Assembly: GCA_963666275.2 (NCBI GenBank)
Contig: CAXXOA010000002.1
Location: 1,248,001-1,312,000, forward strand
Direction of reading: 5' to 3'
DNA length: 64,000 nt
Source of the DNA: Oceanispirochaeta sp.
GTDB lineage: Bacteria > Spirochaetota > Spirochaetia > DSM-2461
The notes under the pieces are model-generated. The model saw nothing but the letters and a program-made list of their open reading frames with translations, did no database searches and was not told where the DNA came from. This document shows positions 47,486 to 57,833 of this stretch, one piece after another. Numbering within the stretch: the first letter of the stretch is position 1; each line of letters starts with the position of its first letter. Both the position numbers and the translations under genes were made by a program.

Positions 47486-48106
47486 GTGGATATTTTTTCC
47501 CGTTTAGAAGAAGAACGTCTTGTCCCGGTTATTAAGCTGGAGACCCCGGAACAGGCATTGCCTCTCGTGGATGCCCTCTCCGCCGGTGGAATTAACGTCG
47601 CCGAAGTGACATTCAGAACCGATGCAGCCGCTGCATCCATTAAAGCAATCCGTAAAAACCGGCCTGATATCCTTGTGGGGGCCGGCACAGTTCTGGCTCT
47701 GGCTCAGCTTGATGCGGCTCTCGAAGCGGAGGCGTCGTTTATTGTGGCTCCCGGATACAATCCAGCCATTGTGGCCGCCTGTATCAAAAAAGGGGTTCCC
47801 ATCGTACCCGGTGTAACCAATCCTTCCCAGATTGAAGTCGCTATGCATGCAGGGCTGAAGGTTCTGAAGTTTTTCCCAGCCTCACTGTCGGGGGGGATCC
47901 CCATGCTGAAGGCTTTTGGCTCAGTCTATAATGCCCGGTTCATGCCCACAGGCGGTTTGAATGCGGATAATTTTACAGACTATCTGGCTCTTCCCAATGT
48001 GGTTGCCTGTGGAGGCAGCTGGATGGTGAAGGCGGAATATATCAATAAGGGGCAGTACGGGAAAATAACCGAACTCAGCGCTGCTGCAAAAGCGAGGATC
48101 AAATGA
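47486..48106 (+). CDS. eda: KDPG/KHG aldolase
   Basis: AEVTFRT, VGAGTV, PGVTNPSQI, LKFFPA, FMPTGG, ACGGSW; GTG 47486 has a GGAG SD (alternative start 47474). Confidence 0.94.
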   Translation: MDIFSRLEEERLVPVIKLETPEQALPLVDALSAGGINVAEVTFRTDAAAASIKAIRKNRPDILVGAGTVLALAQLDAALEAEASFIVAPGYNPAIVAACIKKGVPIVPGVTNPSQIEVAMHAGLKVLKFFPASLSGGIPMLKAFGSVYNARFMPTGGLNADNFTDYLALPNVVACGGSWMVKAEYINKGQYGKITELSAAAKARIK

Positions 48107-49119
48107 AGTCACAGGTGAATGTTGCTGTCATAGGAAGCGGTCGGGCCGGGATGATTCATGCCCGGAATTTCGCCCGTTCCATATCGGGAGGAAGGCTGGT
48201 TGCCATGATAGACCCGGTAGAAGATGCCGTCAGAGCGGCTGTGGATGAGCTGGGCATAGACAAATACTATCTGGATTACAGGGAAGCTCTGGCAGATAGG
48301 GATATTGATGCTGTCGTTGTTGTCACACCCACAGCCTATCATAGAGATATCGTCGTAAATGCGGCCTCTGCAGGGAAGCATATCCTTTGTGAAAAGCCCA
48401 TGGCCATGACTGAACAGGAGTGCCGGGACATGATTACTGCCGCAGATAAAGGAGGGGTGAAACTCCAGCTGGCTTTTATGCGCCGGTTTGACGAGAGCTT
48501 CCGCCATGCCAAAGAACGGATTGATGCCGGAGAGATCGGCGATGTGGTCTGTGTCAAATCCCTGACCCATGGTCCCAGCATTCCCCGTCCCTGGATGTAC
48601 GATATCCGGAAGAGCAACGGTCCTCTGGCGGAAGTGAGTTCACACGATATCGATGCCCTACACTGGTACAGCGGCAGTTATATCAAAGAGGTTTATGCCA
48701 TTGCGGGGAACTACAGATGTCCTGATGCAGAAGAGGAATATCCTGATTTTTATGACAATGTCCTCATGAACTGCCGTTTCAAAAACGGGGCTCAGGGAAT
48801 GGTGGACGGAGCTCAGGGCGTATTGTACGGCTACGATTCCCGAGTGGAGATTCTGGGTACCAGAGGGATTATCCATGTGGGGAAAAATCAGAACTTCAGT
48901 GTCTTGACCTGCACTCCCGAGGGAATTCACACCCCTTTTGTGAAAAGCTGGCAGAATCTCTTTATAGATGCCTATCGAGGGGAGGATAAAGCTTTTGTGG
49001 ACTGTATTCTCAATGATACAGAGCCTGAGGTTACGGGAAGGGACGGTCTGGAAGCTGTAAAGGTTGTTAATGCGGGAAACAGGTCTATCATCGAAAAGCG
49101 GCCTGTCATTCTGGAATGA
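48103..49119 (+). CDS. Gfo/Idh/MocA oxidoreductase (inositol 2-dehydrogenase-like)
   Basis: GSGRAG, CEKP, FMRRFD, SHDID, YGYDSRVE. Confidence 0.9.
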   Translation: MKSQVNVAVIGSGRAGMIHARNFARSISGGRLVAMIDPVEDAVRAAVDELGIDKYYLDYREALADRDIDAVVVVTPTAYHRDIVVNAASAGKHILCEKPMAMTEQECRDMITAADKGGVKLQLAFMRRFDESFRHAKERIDAGEIGDVVCVKSLTHGPSIPRPWMYDIRKSNGPLAEVSSHDIDALHWYSGSYIKEVYAIAGNYRCPDAEEEYPDFYDNVLMNCRFKNGAQGMVDGAQGVLYGYDSRVEILGTRGIIHVGKNQNFSVLTCTPEGIHTPFVKSWQNLFIDAYRGEDKAFVDCILNDTEPEVTGRDGLEAVKVVNAGNRSIIEKRPVILE

Positions 49120-49156
49120 TGAAACTTTCTTTTAGAAGAAATCAAGGAGAGAATAG

Positions 49157-50194
49157 ATGAAAGCAGCACGACTGTATGGTATAGAGGATATCAGAGTGGA
49201 GGATCTCGCTGTACCTGAAATAACAGAGGAGGAAGTTCTTATCAGAGTAAAAGCCTCTTTTATCTGCGGGACAGATGTGAGATTTTTTAAAACCGGTAAA
49301 CCCGGTGCTTCCGATCAGCCGCTGGTAGCAGGCCATGAAATTGCAGGAGTTATCGAGAAGGTGGGCGCCAATGTGACCGGGTACTCTGTGGGCATGCGGG
49401 TGGGAGTGGCTCCCAATTACGGATGCGGAGTCTGTGATCTGTGTACCAGCGGGAATTCTCATATGTGCCTGGAATCCGAGGCTCTGGGGGTAACCGTTGA
49501 CGGCGGCTTTGCGGAATATATGAAAGTCCCCGCCCGGGCAGTGGCTCAGGGAAACATCTCTCCTCTGGAGGAGAGCATCAGTTTTGAGGAAGCTGCCCTG
49601 GCTGAGCCTCTCTCCTGTGTTTATAATGCCTATGAGAAAATCGGGATTTATCCGGGAGATCATGTCCTGGTCATCGGAGCCGGTCCTATCGGTCTTATGC
49701 ACATCAAGGTGGCCTTTCTGGCAGGGGCATCTGCAGTCTATGTGACAGATCTCAGTGAGGAGCGCCTGGCATTAGCCAAATCCCTTGTTCCGGATGTTCA
49801 GATTCTGAGTAATGAGGGTCTTATGGATTCTGTTAAAAAGGTCACCGGCGGACGGCTGATGAACCTTGTTATTACAGCTGCTTCTGTTCCGGTGATCCAG
49901 GAAAATGCTTTTAAATACGTCGGTCTTGATGGACGGGTAATGTTTTTCGGCGGTCTGCCCAAAGGAAAGTCGGAAGTGAAACTGGATACCAATGAGATCC
50001 ATTACAAACAGCTTACCGTAGCGGGAACAACCCGGCAGAGCCTGCGGCAGTACCGAACCTGCCTTAAACTGATCGCGTCGGGACGTCTGAAAGTGTCAGA
50101 TCTGGTGACATCTTCGTCACCTCTGGAGAATCTCAGCGACGTTATTGCCAATGTGGCCGCAGGAAAAGGCCTGAAAAGCGTAATTAAGGTATAA
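49157..50194 (+). CDS. Zn-dependent (MDR) polyol dehydrogenase
   Basis: ICGTD, GHE, C-x2-C-x2-C-x7-C structural Zn site, EPLSC, GAGPIG. Confidence 0.92.
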   Translation: MKAARLYGIEDIRVEDLAVPEITEEEVLIRVKASFICGTDVRFFKTGKPGASDQPLVAGHEIAGVIEKVGANVTGYSVGMRVGVAPNYGCGVCDLCTSGNSHMCLESEALGVTVDGGFAEYMKVPARAVAQGNISPLEESISFEEAALAEPLSCVYNAYEKIGIYPGDHVLVIGAGPIGLMHIKVAFLAGASAVYVTDLSEERLALAKSLVPDVQILSNEGLMDSVKKVTGGRLMNLVITAASVPVIQENAFKYVGLDGRVMFFGGLPKGKSEVKLDTNEIHYKQLTVAGTTRQSLRQYRTCLKLIASGRLKVSDLVTSSSPLENLSDVIANVAAGKGLKSVIKV

Positions 50195-50218
50195 TAATCA
50201 GAAAAGGAGCCAGCCATT

Positions 50219-51739
50219 ATGGGCAAGGGATTACTGCTGGGGGTGGATATCGGTACCCAGGGAGTCAAGAGTTCTCTATTTGATCTGGACGGCAATTGTC
50301 TGTCCTCGGGGTTTATTGCTTCAAAACTGTATCAGCCGGAACCGGGGATTACAGAAGAAGATCCGGAGTTTCAGCTCGATTCGGTCTGCCGTTCTATCTC
50401 TTCCTGTCTGGAGGATGCTTCCGGTGTGAACCCGGAGGATCTCAAGTGTCTGGCCATAGACGGGCAGATGGCGGGAGTGATCGGAGTAGGAAAGGATGGA
50501 ATGAATGTGACTCCCTACGACTCCTGGCTGGATACCCGCTGTGCTCCCTATATACAACTGATGGAAGAGAAGGCCGGCGAAGAGATCATCCGCAAAACCG
50601 GTAATCCTCCGAGCTTTAATCATGGCCCGAAGATCCTCTGGTGGAAGCATGAGAGACCGGAGGTATACAAAAAAATTGCAGGCTTTGTTCAGCCGGCGGG
50701 TTATGCGGCCATGCGTCTGTGCGGGCTGAAAGGAAAGGATGCTTTCATTGATACAACCTATCTGCATTTTTCAGGCTTTGCGGATAACAGGAACAGTACC
50801 TGGGACAAAGGCCTTTTAAATCTTTTCGGGATCAGTGAAGAGATACTCCCCCGAATCGTCTCTCCGTCAGATATTATCGGACATCTTACGGATGAAATGG
50901 CAGCCCGGTGCGGACTTGCCGGACCGGTTCCGGTCGCCGCAGGCTGCGGGGATACGGCCGCGTCATTTCTCTCCTGCGGTGCGGTCGAGCCGGGTATCTG
51001 TGTTGACGTGGCCGGAACAGCCAGCGTCTTTGCGGCAACAACAGACGAGTTCTGCTGTGATACCGATACCAGGGTCATGGGCTGCGGGGCTTCCGTGACC
51101 GAAGGGCTCTGGCACCCCTATGCCTATATCAACGGCGGCGGGATGAATATCGAGTGGTTCCTCTCTGAAGTGATGGGGAGGGACCGGGGTGACAGGGACA
51201 GGTTTGAAGGCATGGAAAAGGACTCTCTGGAACCCCGGGACAGTGATCCTGTTTTCATTCCCCATATGGCCGGACGTGTCAGTCCCAGTCAGCCCTCGCT
51301 GAAAGGAACTTTTGCCGGTCTCAGCTGGAATCATACCCGGCAGGACATGTTCATGGCCATTATGGAGAGTGTCGCCCTTGAGTACGGGGTATACAGAAAG
51401 TCTCTTATGGGAATGTACGATGATTTGAGCCTTACAGAGCTGAGAATTACAGGTGGTGGAGAAAACAGCAGGATCTGGAAAGAGATGAAGGCGGGAGTTC
51501 TCCAGGTTCCGGTTGTGTCCATTGAACAGAATTTTGGAGCCCCCATGGGCGCTGCTATTGTCGCCGGAATTGCTTCGGGAGTTTTCTCATCCACCCTGGA
51601 GGCTGCAGGAAAGTGGATCAATACGAAAGATTCTGTTTTCTGCCATTCCAGGCTGTATGGACATTTTGAGAACCGTGTCGGCCGGTATGAATCTCTGCTG
51701 ACCCATATGAATCGCTACTATACAGGAGCGGAAGAGTGA
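50219..51739 (+). CDS. FGGY-family (xylulokinase-like) carbohydrate kinase
   Basis: GVDIGTQGVK, WLDTR, GCGDT, AGTAS, TGGG. Confidence 0.92.
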   Translation: MGKGLLLGVDIGTQGVKSSLFDLDGNCLSSGFIASKLYQPEPGITEEDPEFQLDSVCRSISSCLEDASGVNPEDLKCLAIDGQMAGVIGVGKDGMNVTPYDSWLDTRCAPYIQLMEEKAGEEIIRKTGNPPSFNHGPKILWWKHERPEVYKKIAGFVQPAGYAAMRLCGLKGKDAFIDTTYLHFSGFADNRNSTWDKGLLNLFGISEEILPRIVSPSDIIGHLTDEMAARCGLAGPVPVAAGCGDTAASFLSCGAVEPGICVDVAGTASVFAATTDEFCCDTDTRVMGCGASVTEGLWHPYAYINGGGMNIEWFLSEVMGRDRGDRDRFEGMEKDSLEPRDSDPVFIPHMAGRVSPSQPSLKGTFAGLSWNHTRQDMFMAIMESVALEYGVYRKSLMGMYDDLSLTELRITGGGENSRIWKEMKAGVLQVPVVSIEQNFGAPMGAAIVAGIASGVFSSTLEAAGKWINTKDSVFCHSRLYGHFENRVGRYESLLTHMNRYYTGAEE

Positions 51740-52596
51740 AAAAGAGTATTTCTCTTTCCCAAGAGAACATAGATATCTCCGCCTATGGGAGCTGGCAGGG
51801 GCAGGGGGTGGCTCTCTGGTGGCTGGGGCAGGCAGGTTTTCTTATCTGTTCAGGCAATCTGAAGATTCTTGTGGATGCCTACCTGTCCGATGCCCTTGCC
51901 GAAAAATACAGGGGGCAAATGTTTCCGCACATAAGGATGATGGCTCCTCCGCTTTCCATGGAATCTCTGGATGATATCGATTTCTGTATAAGTTCTCACG
52001 CCCATTCGGACCACCTTGATCCGGGACTGCTGCCGGTTTTAAGCAGAGTCAGTCCTGCCTGTCGATTTATTGTGCCCGAAGCGGCACTTTCCACAGCCCT
52101 TGAAAGAGGGGTCCCCGGGGATCGCCTGATTGGTATGGATGCAGGATCTTTTCTCTCCCTGGGAGACAATGCGGAGATCCGGGCTGTCCCGGCTGCTCAT
52201 GAGGAGCTGCTACTTGATGATGGGGGGAGACATTTCTTTCTGGGTTATATTCTGGAACTGGGAGATTTCAGGATCTATCATCCCGGAGACTGCATTCCCT
52301 ACGACGGACTTGATCAATGGCTGGAAAACCGAAATATAGATCTGGCTCTTATGCCTGTAAACGGACGAAGGGAAGATCTCAGTAGCCGGGGGATTGCAGG
52401 GAATTTCTCTCTGGAGGAAGCCTATCAAATAGTTCTGGACCATGATATAACTTATCTGATCCCCCACCATTACGGTATGTTTGATTTCAACACGCTGTCC
52501 AGGGAAAAACTTGATGAGTTCATACAGGTCAGGAATACGGGCCAGCGTGTTCATCCCGCCGAAACAGGGGTAATGTACAACCTAATCAGGATTTAA
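51736..52596 (+). CDS. Metallo-beta-lactamase-fold hydrolase, UlaG (ascorbate-6-P lactonase)-like
   Basis: WWLGQAGF, SHAHSDHLD, YHPGD, PVNG, IPHHYGMF. Confidence 0.85.
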   Translation: MKKSISLSQENIDISAYGSWQGQGVALWWLGQAGFLICSGNLKILVDAYLSDALAEKYRGQMFPHIRMMAPPLSMESLDDIDFCISSHAHSDHLDPGLLPVLSRVSPACRFIVPEAALSTALERGVPGDRLIGMDAGSFLSLGDNAEIRAVPAAHEELLLDDGGRHFFLGYILELGDFRIYHPGDCIPYDGLDQWLENRNIDLALMPVNGRREDLSSRGIAGNFSLEEAYQIVLDHDITYLIPHHYGMFDFNTLSREKLDEFIQVRNTGQRVHPAETGVMYNLIRI

Positions 52597-52598
52597 CT

Positions 52599-53399
52599 AT
52601 GAGTAACCAGAATGGAACAACCCTCTTTGCGGAGGAGCGGAAAAAAAGGATCGTAGAGTATATCAATGAAAAAAGAAGGGTGACCGTACCCGAACTCTGT
52701 TCCGCGTTTTCCGTTTCCGGTGCCACCATGAGAAATGATCTTCGCGAACTGGGAGAAACCGGTCTTATCACCCGTACCCATGGCGGGGCTATAAGAAAAT
52801 CCCGTACAGGATACGAACCTGTGATGGATATCCGTTCCGAAAAGAATCTGGATGCCAAAAAACTGATAGCCCTGGCTGCCCTGGGTGAAGTGGAGGATGG
52901 AGATACCATCATTCTGGATACAGGAACCACTGTGAAGGAACTGGCCGGACTTCTGGGGGAGAAAAAGAACCTGACTGTTGTTACCAACGATATAAAGGTA
53001 GCGGCGCTCCTGGAGGAATTCTCTTCCTGCGAGGTGCTTGTTATCGGTGGATTGCTCAGAAAGGGGTTTCACTGCACTGTGGGGTATAGAATGTTTACCA
53101 GCCTTGAATCCCTTTCGGTGGATAAGGCCTTTCTGGGGGCAAACTCCTTTTCTGCAGGGAAAGGCGCCAGCACTCCTGATATTTCCCAGTCCGAAATCAA
53201 GCAGCATATGATTAAGATCGCCGCAAAAGTTATTATTCTCTGCGATCAGACCAAGCTTGAAACCGATTCTTTCATCAATTTTGCCTCACCTGAGCAGGTG
53301 GATCTGCTTGTCACCGATTCTATTTCAGAAGACTTGCGGAAGCTCTATGAAGATCTTGATATCAATGTCCTCAGTGCTGAGAATACCAGTAAACAGTGA
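52599..53399 (+). CDS. DeoR-family transcriptional regulator
   Basis: VSGATMRNDL...RTHGGA, LDTGTT. Confidence 0.95.
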   Translation: MSNQNGTTLFAEERKKRIVEYINEKRRVTVPELCSAFSVSGATMRNDLRELGETGLITRTHGGAIRKSRTGYEPVMDIRSEKNLDAKKLIALAALGEVEDGDTIILDTGTTVKELAGLLGEKKNLTVVTNDIKVAALLEEFSSCEVLVIGGLLRKGFHCTVGYRMFTSLESLSVDKAFLGANSFSAGKGASTPDISQSEIKQHMIKIAAKVIILCDQTKLETDSFINFASPEQVDLLVTDSISEDLRKLYEDLDINVLSAENTSKQ

Positions 53400-53516
53400 T
53401 AATGAGCTGAAATCATCTTTTCCTCCCCTATAGGTCGGGACTCCCTTCCATTCTCCAGCGTTGAAGTTTCTCAGAGCCTATGATATCGTTGTAGATATTT
53501 TTGAAAGGATAGAGAA

Positions 53517-53534
53517 AACCTAAACGTTTTAGAT
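53517..53534 (+). promoter_or_regulatory. LacI-type operator upstream of the lacI-family gene (autoregulation)
   Basis: AACCTAAACGTTTTAGAT; matches the operators at 54601-54639. Confidence 0.65.
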
Positions 53535-53539
53535 TTGAT

Positions 53540-54547
53540 ATGGCCAATTTGAAAGATGTTGCTAAACTAGCCGGTGTTTCCGTCGCTACTGCCTCACAGG
53601 CGCTAAACGGAAAAAGTGTGAATGAAAAAACCCGGCAGAAAGTTCTCGAATGCGCGGACAAGCTGAATTACGTCCCCAACCGGGGGGGCAGGACCCTTAT
53701 CACCGGGAAGAGTAATTCTATCCTTCTGGTCATTATCAATTCCACCAAATATACGGATCTTATCAAGGAAAATACCTTTTTCTATAACTATATGATGGGC
53801 ATCCTGACGGAAGTGCAGAAAAGGGATTACAACTTTCATCTGGAAGTGAAAAGCTGGGATGATCCGGAGCTTCTGTCCTTTTTTCGAAACCGCTGCCGTG
53901 ACAGGTCTTCTGATGGTATGATTATCATTCCCCAGTATATCAGGTCCTATGGATTCCTTCCGTTTATAGAAAAATTCCCCCATGTGGTGCTGAACCCCTG
54001 TATTCAGGATCCCAAAATGAATTTTGTTATGGTTGAGCATGACTATGGCGGTCAGATTGTGGCAGATCTTGTTATGGAGAAAGGTTTTAAGAATATCGGA
54101 GTTATTCATGGTCCTCAGGATCATTTTGATGCGGAGTGCAGAAAGGAAGGTTTTATGAACCGCCTGATGAGCCGCGGGATATTCCTCCCCGAAGATAGGC
54201 AGTTCTATAGTGATTTCACTATAATGAGCGGCTATGAGGGAGCCGCGAAAATCCTGACAGCCAACCCCGATCTGGATGTTCTTGTCTGCTGTAACGATTT
54301 TGTCGCCTCCGGAGCAATCAAATACGCCTGGTATGCCGGATTGAATGTTCCCGGGGATCTTGCTGTCATCGGCTATGATAACGTGGATATCTCCCGGGCG
54401 GTGACTCCCGGAATAACAACCGTTGATGCCAGACTTCAGGAAGTCGGCGGAGCCATGGCAAGACTGCTGTTCAGGCAGATCGAAGAGGGGGAGACTCATC
54501 TGAGAGAGTATATCCGCCCCGAACTGGTTCTCCGGGAATCTGTATAA
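53540..54547 (+). CDS. LacI-family transcriptional regulator
   Basis: LKDVAKLAGVSVATASQALNG...LNYVPN; VPGDLAVIGYDN. Confidence 0.96.
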   Translation: MANLKDVAKLAGVSVATASQALNGKSVNEKTRQKVLECADKLNYVPNRGGRTLITGKSNSILLVIINSTKYTDLIKENTFFYNYMMGILTEVQKRDYNFHLEVKSWDDPELLSFFRNRCRDRSSDGMIIIPQYIRSYGFLPFIEKFPHVVLNPCIQDPKMNFVMVEHDYGGQIVADLVMEKGFKNIGVIHGPQDHFDAECRKEGFMNRLMSRGIFLPEDRQFYSDFTIMSGYEGAAKILTANPDLDVLVCCNDFVASGAIKYAWYAGLNVPGDLAVIGYDNVDISRAVTPGITTVDARLQEVGGAMARLLFRQIEEGETHLREYIRPELVLRESV

Positions 54548-54569
54548 TCCCCTGTATCTGAATTAATTC

Positions 54570-54639
54570 TTGACAAACAGAGAGGCTGTGCTATTATAAA
54601 ATCTGAAACGTTTTAGATTATCTGAAACGATTCAGATAA
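54570..54639 (+). promoter_or_regulatory. Promoter with tandem LacI operators
   Basis: TTGACA (54570)-N16-TATTAT with an extended TG. Operators ATCTGAAAC|GTTTTAGAT (54601-54618) and TTATCTGAAAC|GATTCAGATAA (54618-54639), each a one-mismatch palindrome centred on CG. Confidence 0.8.
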
Positions 54640-54665
54640 AGGACTGTTTTTAAAAGGAGAAACCG

Positions 54666-55541
54666 ATGAAAATAGGAATTGACAGCTACTGTTTCCACCG
54701 TCTTTTCGGGGAAGTGTACGATGATCAGAAAGCCCCTTCCAACAAAATATCCCTCGAGTGGTTTATAAAACGGGCCCATGAACTGGGTGTGGACGGAGTC
54801 TCTCTGGAGTCCTGCTTCATTCCCCGCTTTGACGGCAGCTATCTCAGTGAGATCAGGGGAATGCTTGATGAATACGGAATGGACCGTGTGTATGCCTGGG
54901 GGCATCCCGACGGACTGGAAGGCGGAGGTAATGAAGCCGCCTGGGATGACATGATGAAGCATATGGAGTACGCCGAGGCGATCGGAGCCGATGTTATGAG
55001 GGTCTGCGGTTCGAGCCTGATGTTCCGCTTCGGAGATCATGAAAAGCAGCTGGAACTCCTGACTAGGATGTTTCAGAATGCCATGCCTGCAGCCGTATCA
55101 AAAGGGATTAAAATTGCGGATGAAAATCATATTGATTACAACTCGGATGAAATGCTCCGTCTGATCCATCAGGTCAACTCTCCCAACTTTGGAATCAACT
55201 TTGATACAGGGAATTTCATGAGAGTCCTGGACGACCCGGTGGAGGGCATGAAAAAGCTGGCACCCTATGTTTTTTCCACCCATATCAAAGACCTCAAACC
55301 CCAGGCGAACTGCGGTGTGGGCAGCTGGCATTTCTTTGCCTGTACGCCCACCGGTGAAGGGCTTGTGGACAATCTGGCTCTGGCGAGGATGCTGAAAGAT
55401 GTGGACTACAAGGGGTTCCTGGCTATGGAAATTGATTATCTGCATGAGGACTTCAGAAACAACTGGTCTGATGATGATGAAGATAAGGCTGTTGCTGCCT
55501 CTGTCGCGGAATTGAAAAGGATTGTAAAGGAAGTCGGCTGA
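54666..55541 (+). CDS. Sugar-phosphate isomerase/epimerase (xylose-isomerase-like TIM barrel, IolE/AP-endonuclease-2 family)
   Basis: ADENH, NFDTGN, THIKD, GEG, LAMEID metal ligands. Confidence 0.88.
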   Translation: MKIGIDSYCFHRLFGEVYDDQKAPSNKISLEWFIKRAHELGVDGVSLESCFIPRFDGSYLSEIRGMLDEYGMDRVYAWGHPDGLEGGGNEAAWDDMMKHMEYAEAIGADVMRVCGSSLMFRFGDHEKQLELLTRMFQNAMPAAVSKGIKIADENHIDYNSDEMLRLIHQVNSPNFGINFDTGNFMRVLDDPVEGMKKLAPYVFSTHIKDLKPQANCGVGSWHFFACTPTGEGLVDNLALARMLKDVDYKGFLAMEIDYLHEDFRNNWSDDDEDKAVAASVAELKRIVKEVG

Positions 55542-55602
55542 TCTCTGTTCTCAGGAAAAGTCAGACACTTTTCCGGACTTCAGCAATACCAAAGGATAAG
55601 AT

Positions 55603-56757
55603 ATGAAAAAATTGAATATAGCCCTTATCGGCTACAAGTTTATGGGGAAGGCCCATAGCAATGCCTGGAAAAAAGCGCCGTTATTTTTTGATATGGAAAC
55701 AGTTCCGGTGCTGAAGGTCGTTTGCGGTCGTCACAAAGAGCCTCTGCAGGAGTTCGCCGACAGGTGGGGTTGGGAAGAGGTTGAAACCGACTGGCGGAAA
55801 GTAATTGCCCGGGATGATATCGATGTGGTTGATATTTCCGTCCCCCAGCACCTTCACTACGAAATAGCAAAAGAGGCTGTAAAAGCGGGAAAGCATGTTT
55901 TTTTGGAAAAACCTATGGCCATGAATACTGAACAGGCCCGGGAATTGTATGAACTGGTAAGGAATGCCAACATCACTCACTACGTCAATCATAATTACAG
56001 ACGCTGCCCTGCCGTGAGGCTGGCAAAAAAACTGATCGATGAAGGGAAAATCGGACAGATCTTTCACTGGAGAGGAGCCTACCTCCAGGACTGGATTGTA
56101 GATCCCGAGTTCCCTCTGACCTGGCATCTGAAAAAGGAAACAGCGGGCATGGGACCCCAGGGGGATCTCAACTCTCACAGTGTTGACCTGGCAAGATATC
56201 TGGTTGGAGAAATCTCCTCTGTGAGCTGCATGACCACCAATTTTATCAAAGAGCGGACTCTGCCGGATGAAGAAGCTTCGGGAACCTTCAACGGAAAATC
56301 CGCCGGAACCGCCAAAGGGGAAGTCACCGTGGAGGATGCAGCTTTCATGATCTGCAGATTCGAAAACGGAGCCCTCGGTTCCTTTGAGACAACCCGCTTC
56401 GCTCCGGGAAGAAAAAATTATAACTACTTTGAGATCTACGGAAGCAAGGGGAGCCTGATTTTCGATCTGGAACGGATGAATGAGCTTCAGTATTTCAACA
56501 GGGAAGATCCTGCAGGAGAGCAGGGGTTCCGTACGATCATGGCCACCGAAGCCGAACATGATTACATTGCCAACTGGTGGCCCCCCGGACATATCATCGG
56601 TTATGAACATGAATTCGTCCATGCGGTTGTGGATTTCTGCGAAGCCGTCCGGACAGGACGGGAAATCAGGCCGAACTTCTATGACGGATTAAAAGAGATG
56701 CAGGTCCTTGAGGCAGGCCTGGATTCTGCCGAGAAAGGCCGGGAAATTTCAATCTGA
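55603..56757 (+). CDS. Gfo/Idh/MocA oxidoreductase (levoglucosan-dehydrogenase-like clade)
   Basis: IGYKFMGKAHS, LEKP, NYRR, YLQDW, DLNSH, WWPPGH. Confidence 0.9.
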   Translation: MKKLNIALIGYKFMGKAHSNAWKKAPLFFDMETVPVLKVVCGRHKEPLQEFADRWGWEEVETDWRKVIARDDIDVVDISVPQHLHYEIAKEAVKAGKHVFLEKPMAMNTEQARELYELVRNANITHYVNHNYRRCPAVRLAKKLIDEGKIGQIFHWRGAYLQDWIVDPEFPLTWHLKKETAGMGPQGDLNSHSVDLARYLVGEISSVSCMTTNFIKERTLPDEEASGTFNGKSAGTAKGEVTVEDAAFMICRFENGALGSFETTRFAPGRKNYNYFEIYGSKGSLIFDLERMNELQYFNREDPAGEQGFRTIMATEAEHDYIANWWPPGHIIGYEHEFVHAVVDFCEAVRTGREIRPNFYDGLKEMQVLEAGLDSAEKGREISI

Positions 56758-56771
56758 TAGTATCTGCCCCT

Positions 56772-56802
56772 GGCGGTTCCCTGCCCTGAGGAGGGAGCCG
56801 CC
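56772..56802 (+). terminator. Intra-operon stem-loop
   Basis: GGCGGTTCCCT-N9-AGGGAGCCGCC with no U tract. Confidence 0.4.
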
Positions 56803-56825
56803 TATAATTCATTAAGGACAAAGTC

Positions 56826-57806
56826 GTGAACAGAGTAAACAAAGGCGCCCTCACTATGGAGCGTCTGAAACAGGGGCCTATCCCGCTGGGACTCTATGGT
56901 GCCCTCGGCGGGATTGTTGTCATTGCGATAATCATCAATATGACCATAGGCGTGAATTTTTTTAATCCCGGAAATCTATTGAATGTGGGACGGAACTATT
57001 CCATGGTGGCCATTGCCGCTATGGGGCAGACATTTGTTATTATTTCGGGAGGTCTGGATCTCTCTGTGGGAGCCGTCATTTCCACATCCAATGTTGTAGC
57101 CGCCACCTATATGGTTTCCAACAGCATGATTTTCCCGGTTCTGCTTCTCTGCCTGCTTCTGGGAACCCTTGCGGGACTTATCAACGGATACCTTGTAACT
57201 AAGCGGAATGTTCCGCCCTTTATAGCCACCCTGGGGGTCTCCATAATCATAAACGGGCTCCGTCTTATCTGGACCAATGGAATGCCCAGAGGGTCTATTC
57301 CTGACGGCCTCAAAGCCTTCAGTACAGGGAACAGCCTCGGTGTTTTTCCCAATCTGTTTCTGCTGTTTCTGGTTCTGGGAGTGATTTATTCGGTTATCCT
57401 GGGGCGTTCGGGATACGGGCGGCGACTCTATGCGATCGGTAACAATAAGAGGGTCGCCTACCTCAGCGGGGTCAGGACAGACAGGGAAGTTATCATTGCT
57501 TATGTGATCTGCTCAACAGCCGCGGCGGTGGTGGGAATCCTTCTGGGCGGATATACGGGACTTTCTGATAACTGGGTCGGAAAAGGATATGATCTGGATT
57601 CCATTGCCTATGCGGTTCTGGGCGGAGCTGTTATCGGGGGTGGTTCGGGCACCATACAGGGAACCATGCTGGGGGGCTTCATAATGCTTATGATTACCAA
57701 CCTGGTCCTGCTGGCGAGTATGCCCCTGGAAAGCCAGCTTATCATTCGGGGCCTGGTCATTATTGTTGCGCTTTACCTGTCGAACAGGAAGAGGAATACA
57801 GCCTGA
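56826..57806 (+). CDS. Monosaccharide ABC transporter permease (RbsC-type)
   Basis: GGLDLSVG, PPFIATLG, GRRLYAIGNN, IAYAVLGG. Confidence 0.94.
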   Translation: MNRVNKGALTMERLKQGPIPLGLYGALGGIVVIAIIINMTIGVNFFNPGNLLNVGRNYSMVAIAAMGQTFVIISGGLDLSVGAVISTSNVVAATYMVSNSMIFPVLLLCLLLGTLAGLINGYLVTKRNVPPFIATLGVSIIINGLRLIWTNGMPRGSIPDGLKAFSTGNSLGVFPNLFLLFLVLGVIYSVILGRSGYGRRLYAIGNNKRVAYLSGVRTDREVIIAYVICSTAAAVVGILLGGYTGLSDNWVGKGYDLDSIAYAVLGGAVIGGGSGTIQGTMLGGFIMLMITNLVLLASMPLESQLIIRGLVIIVALYLSNRKRNTA

Positions 57807-57833
57807 GTTCAGGCAAAAAGAAGGAGAAAAGTT

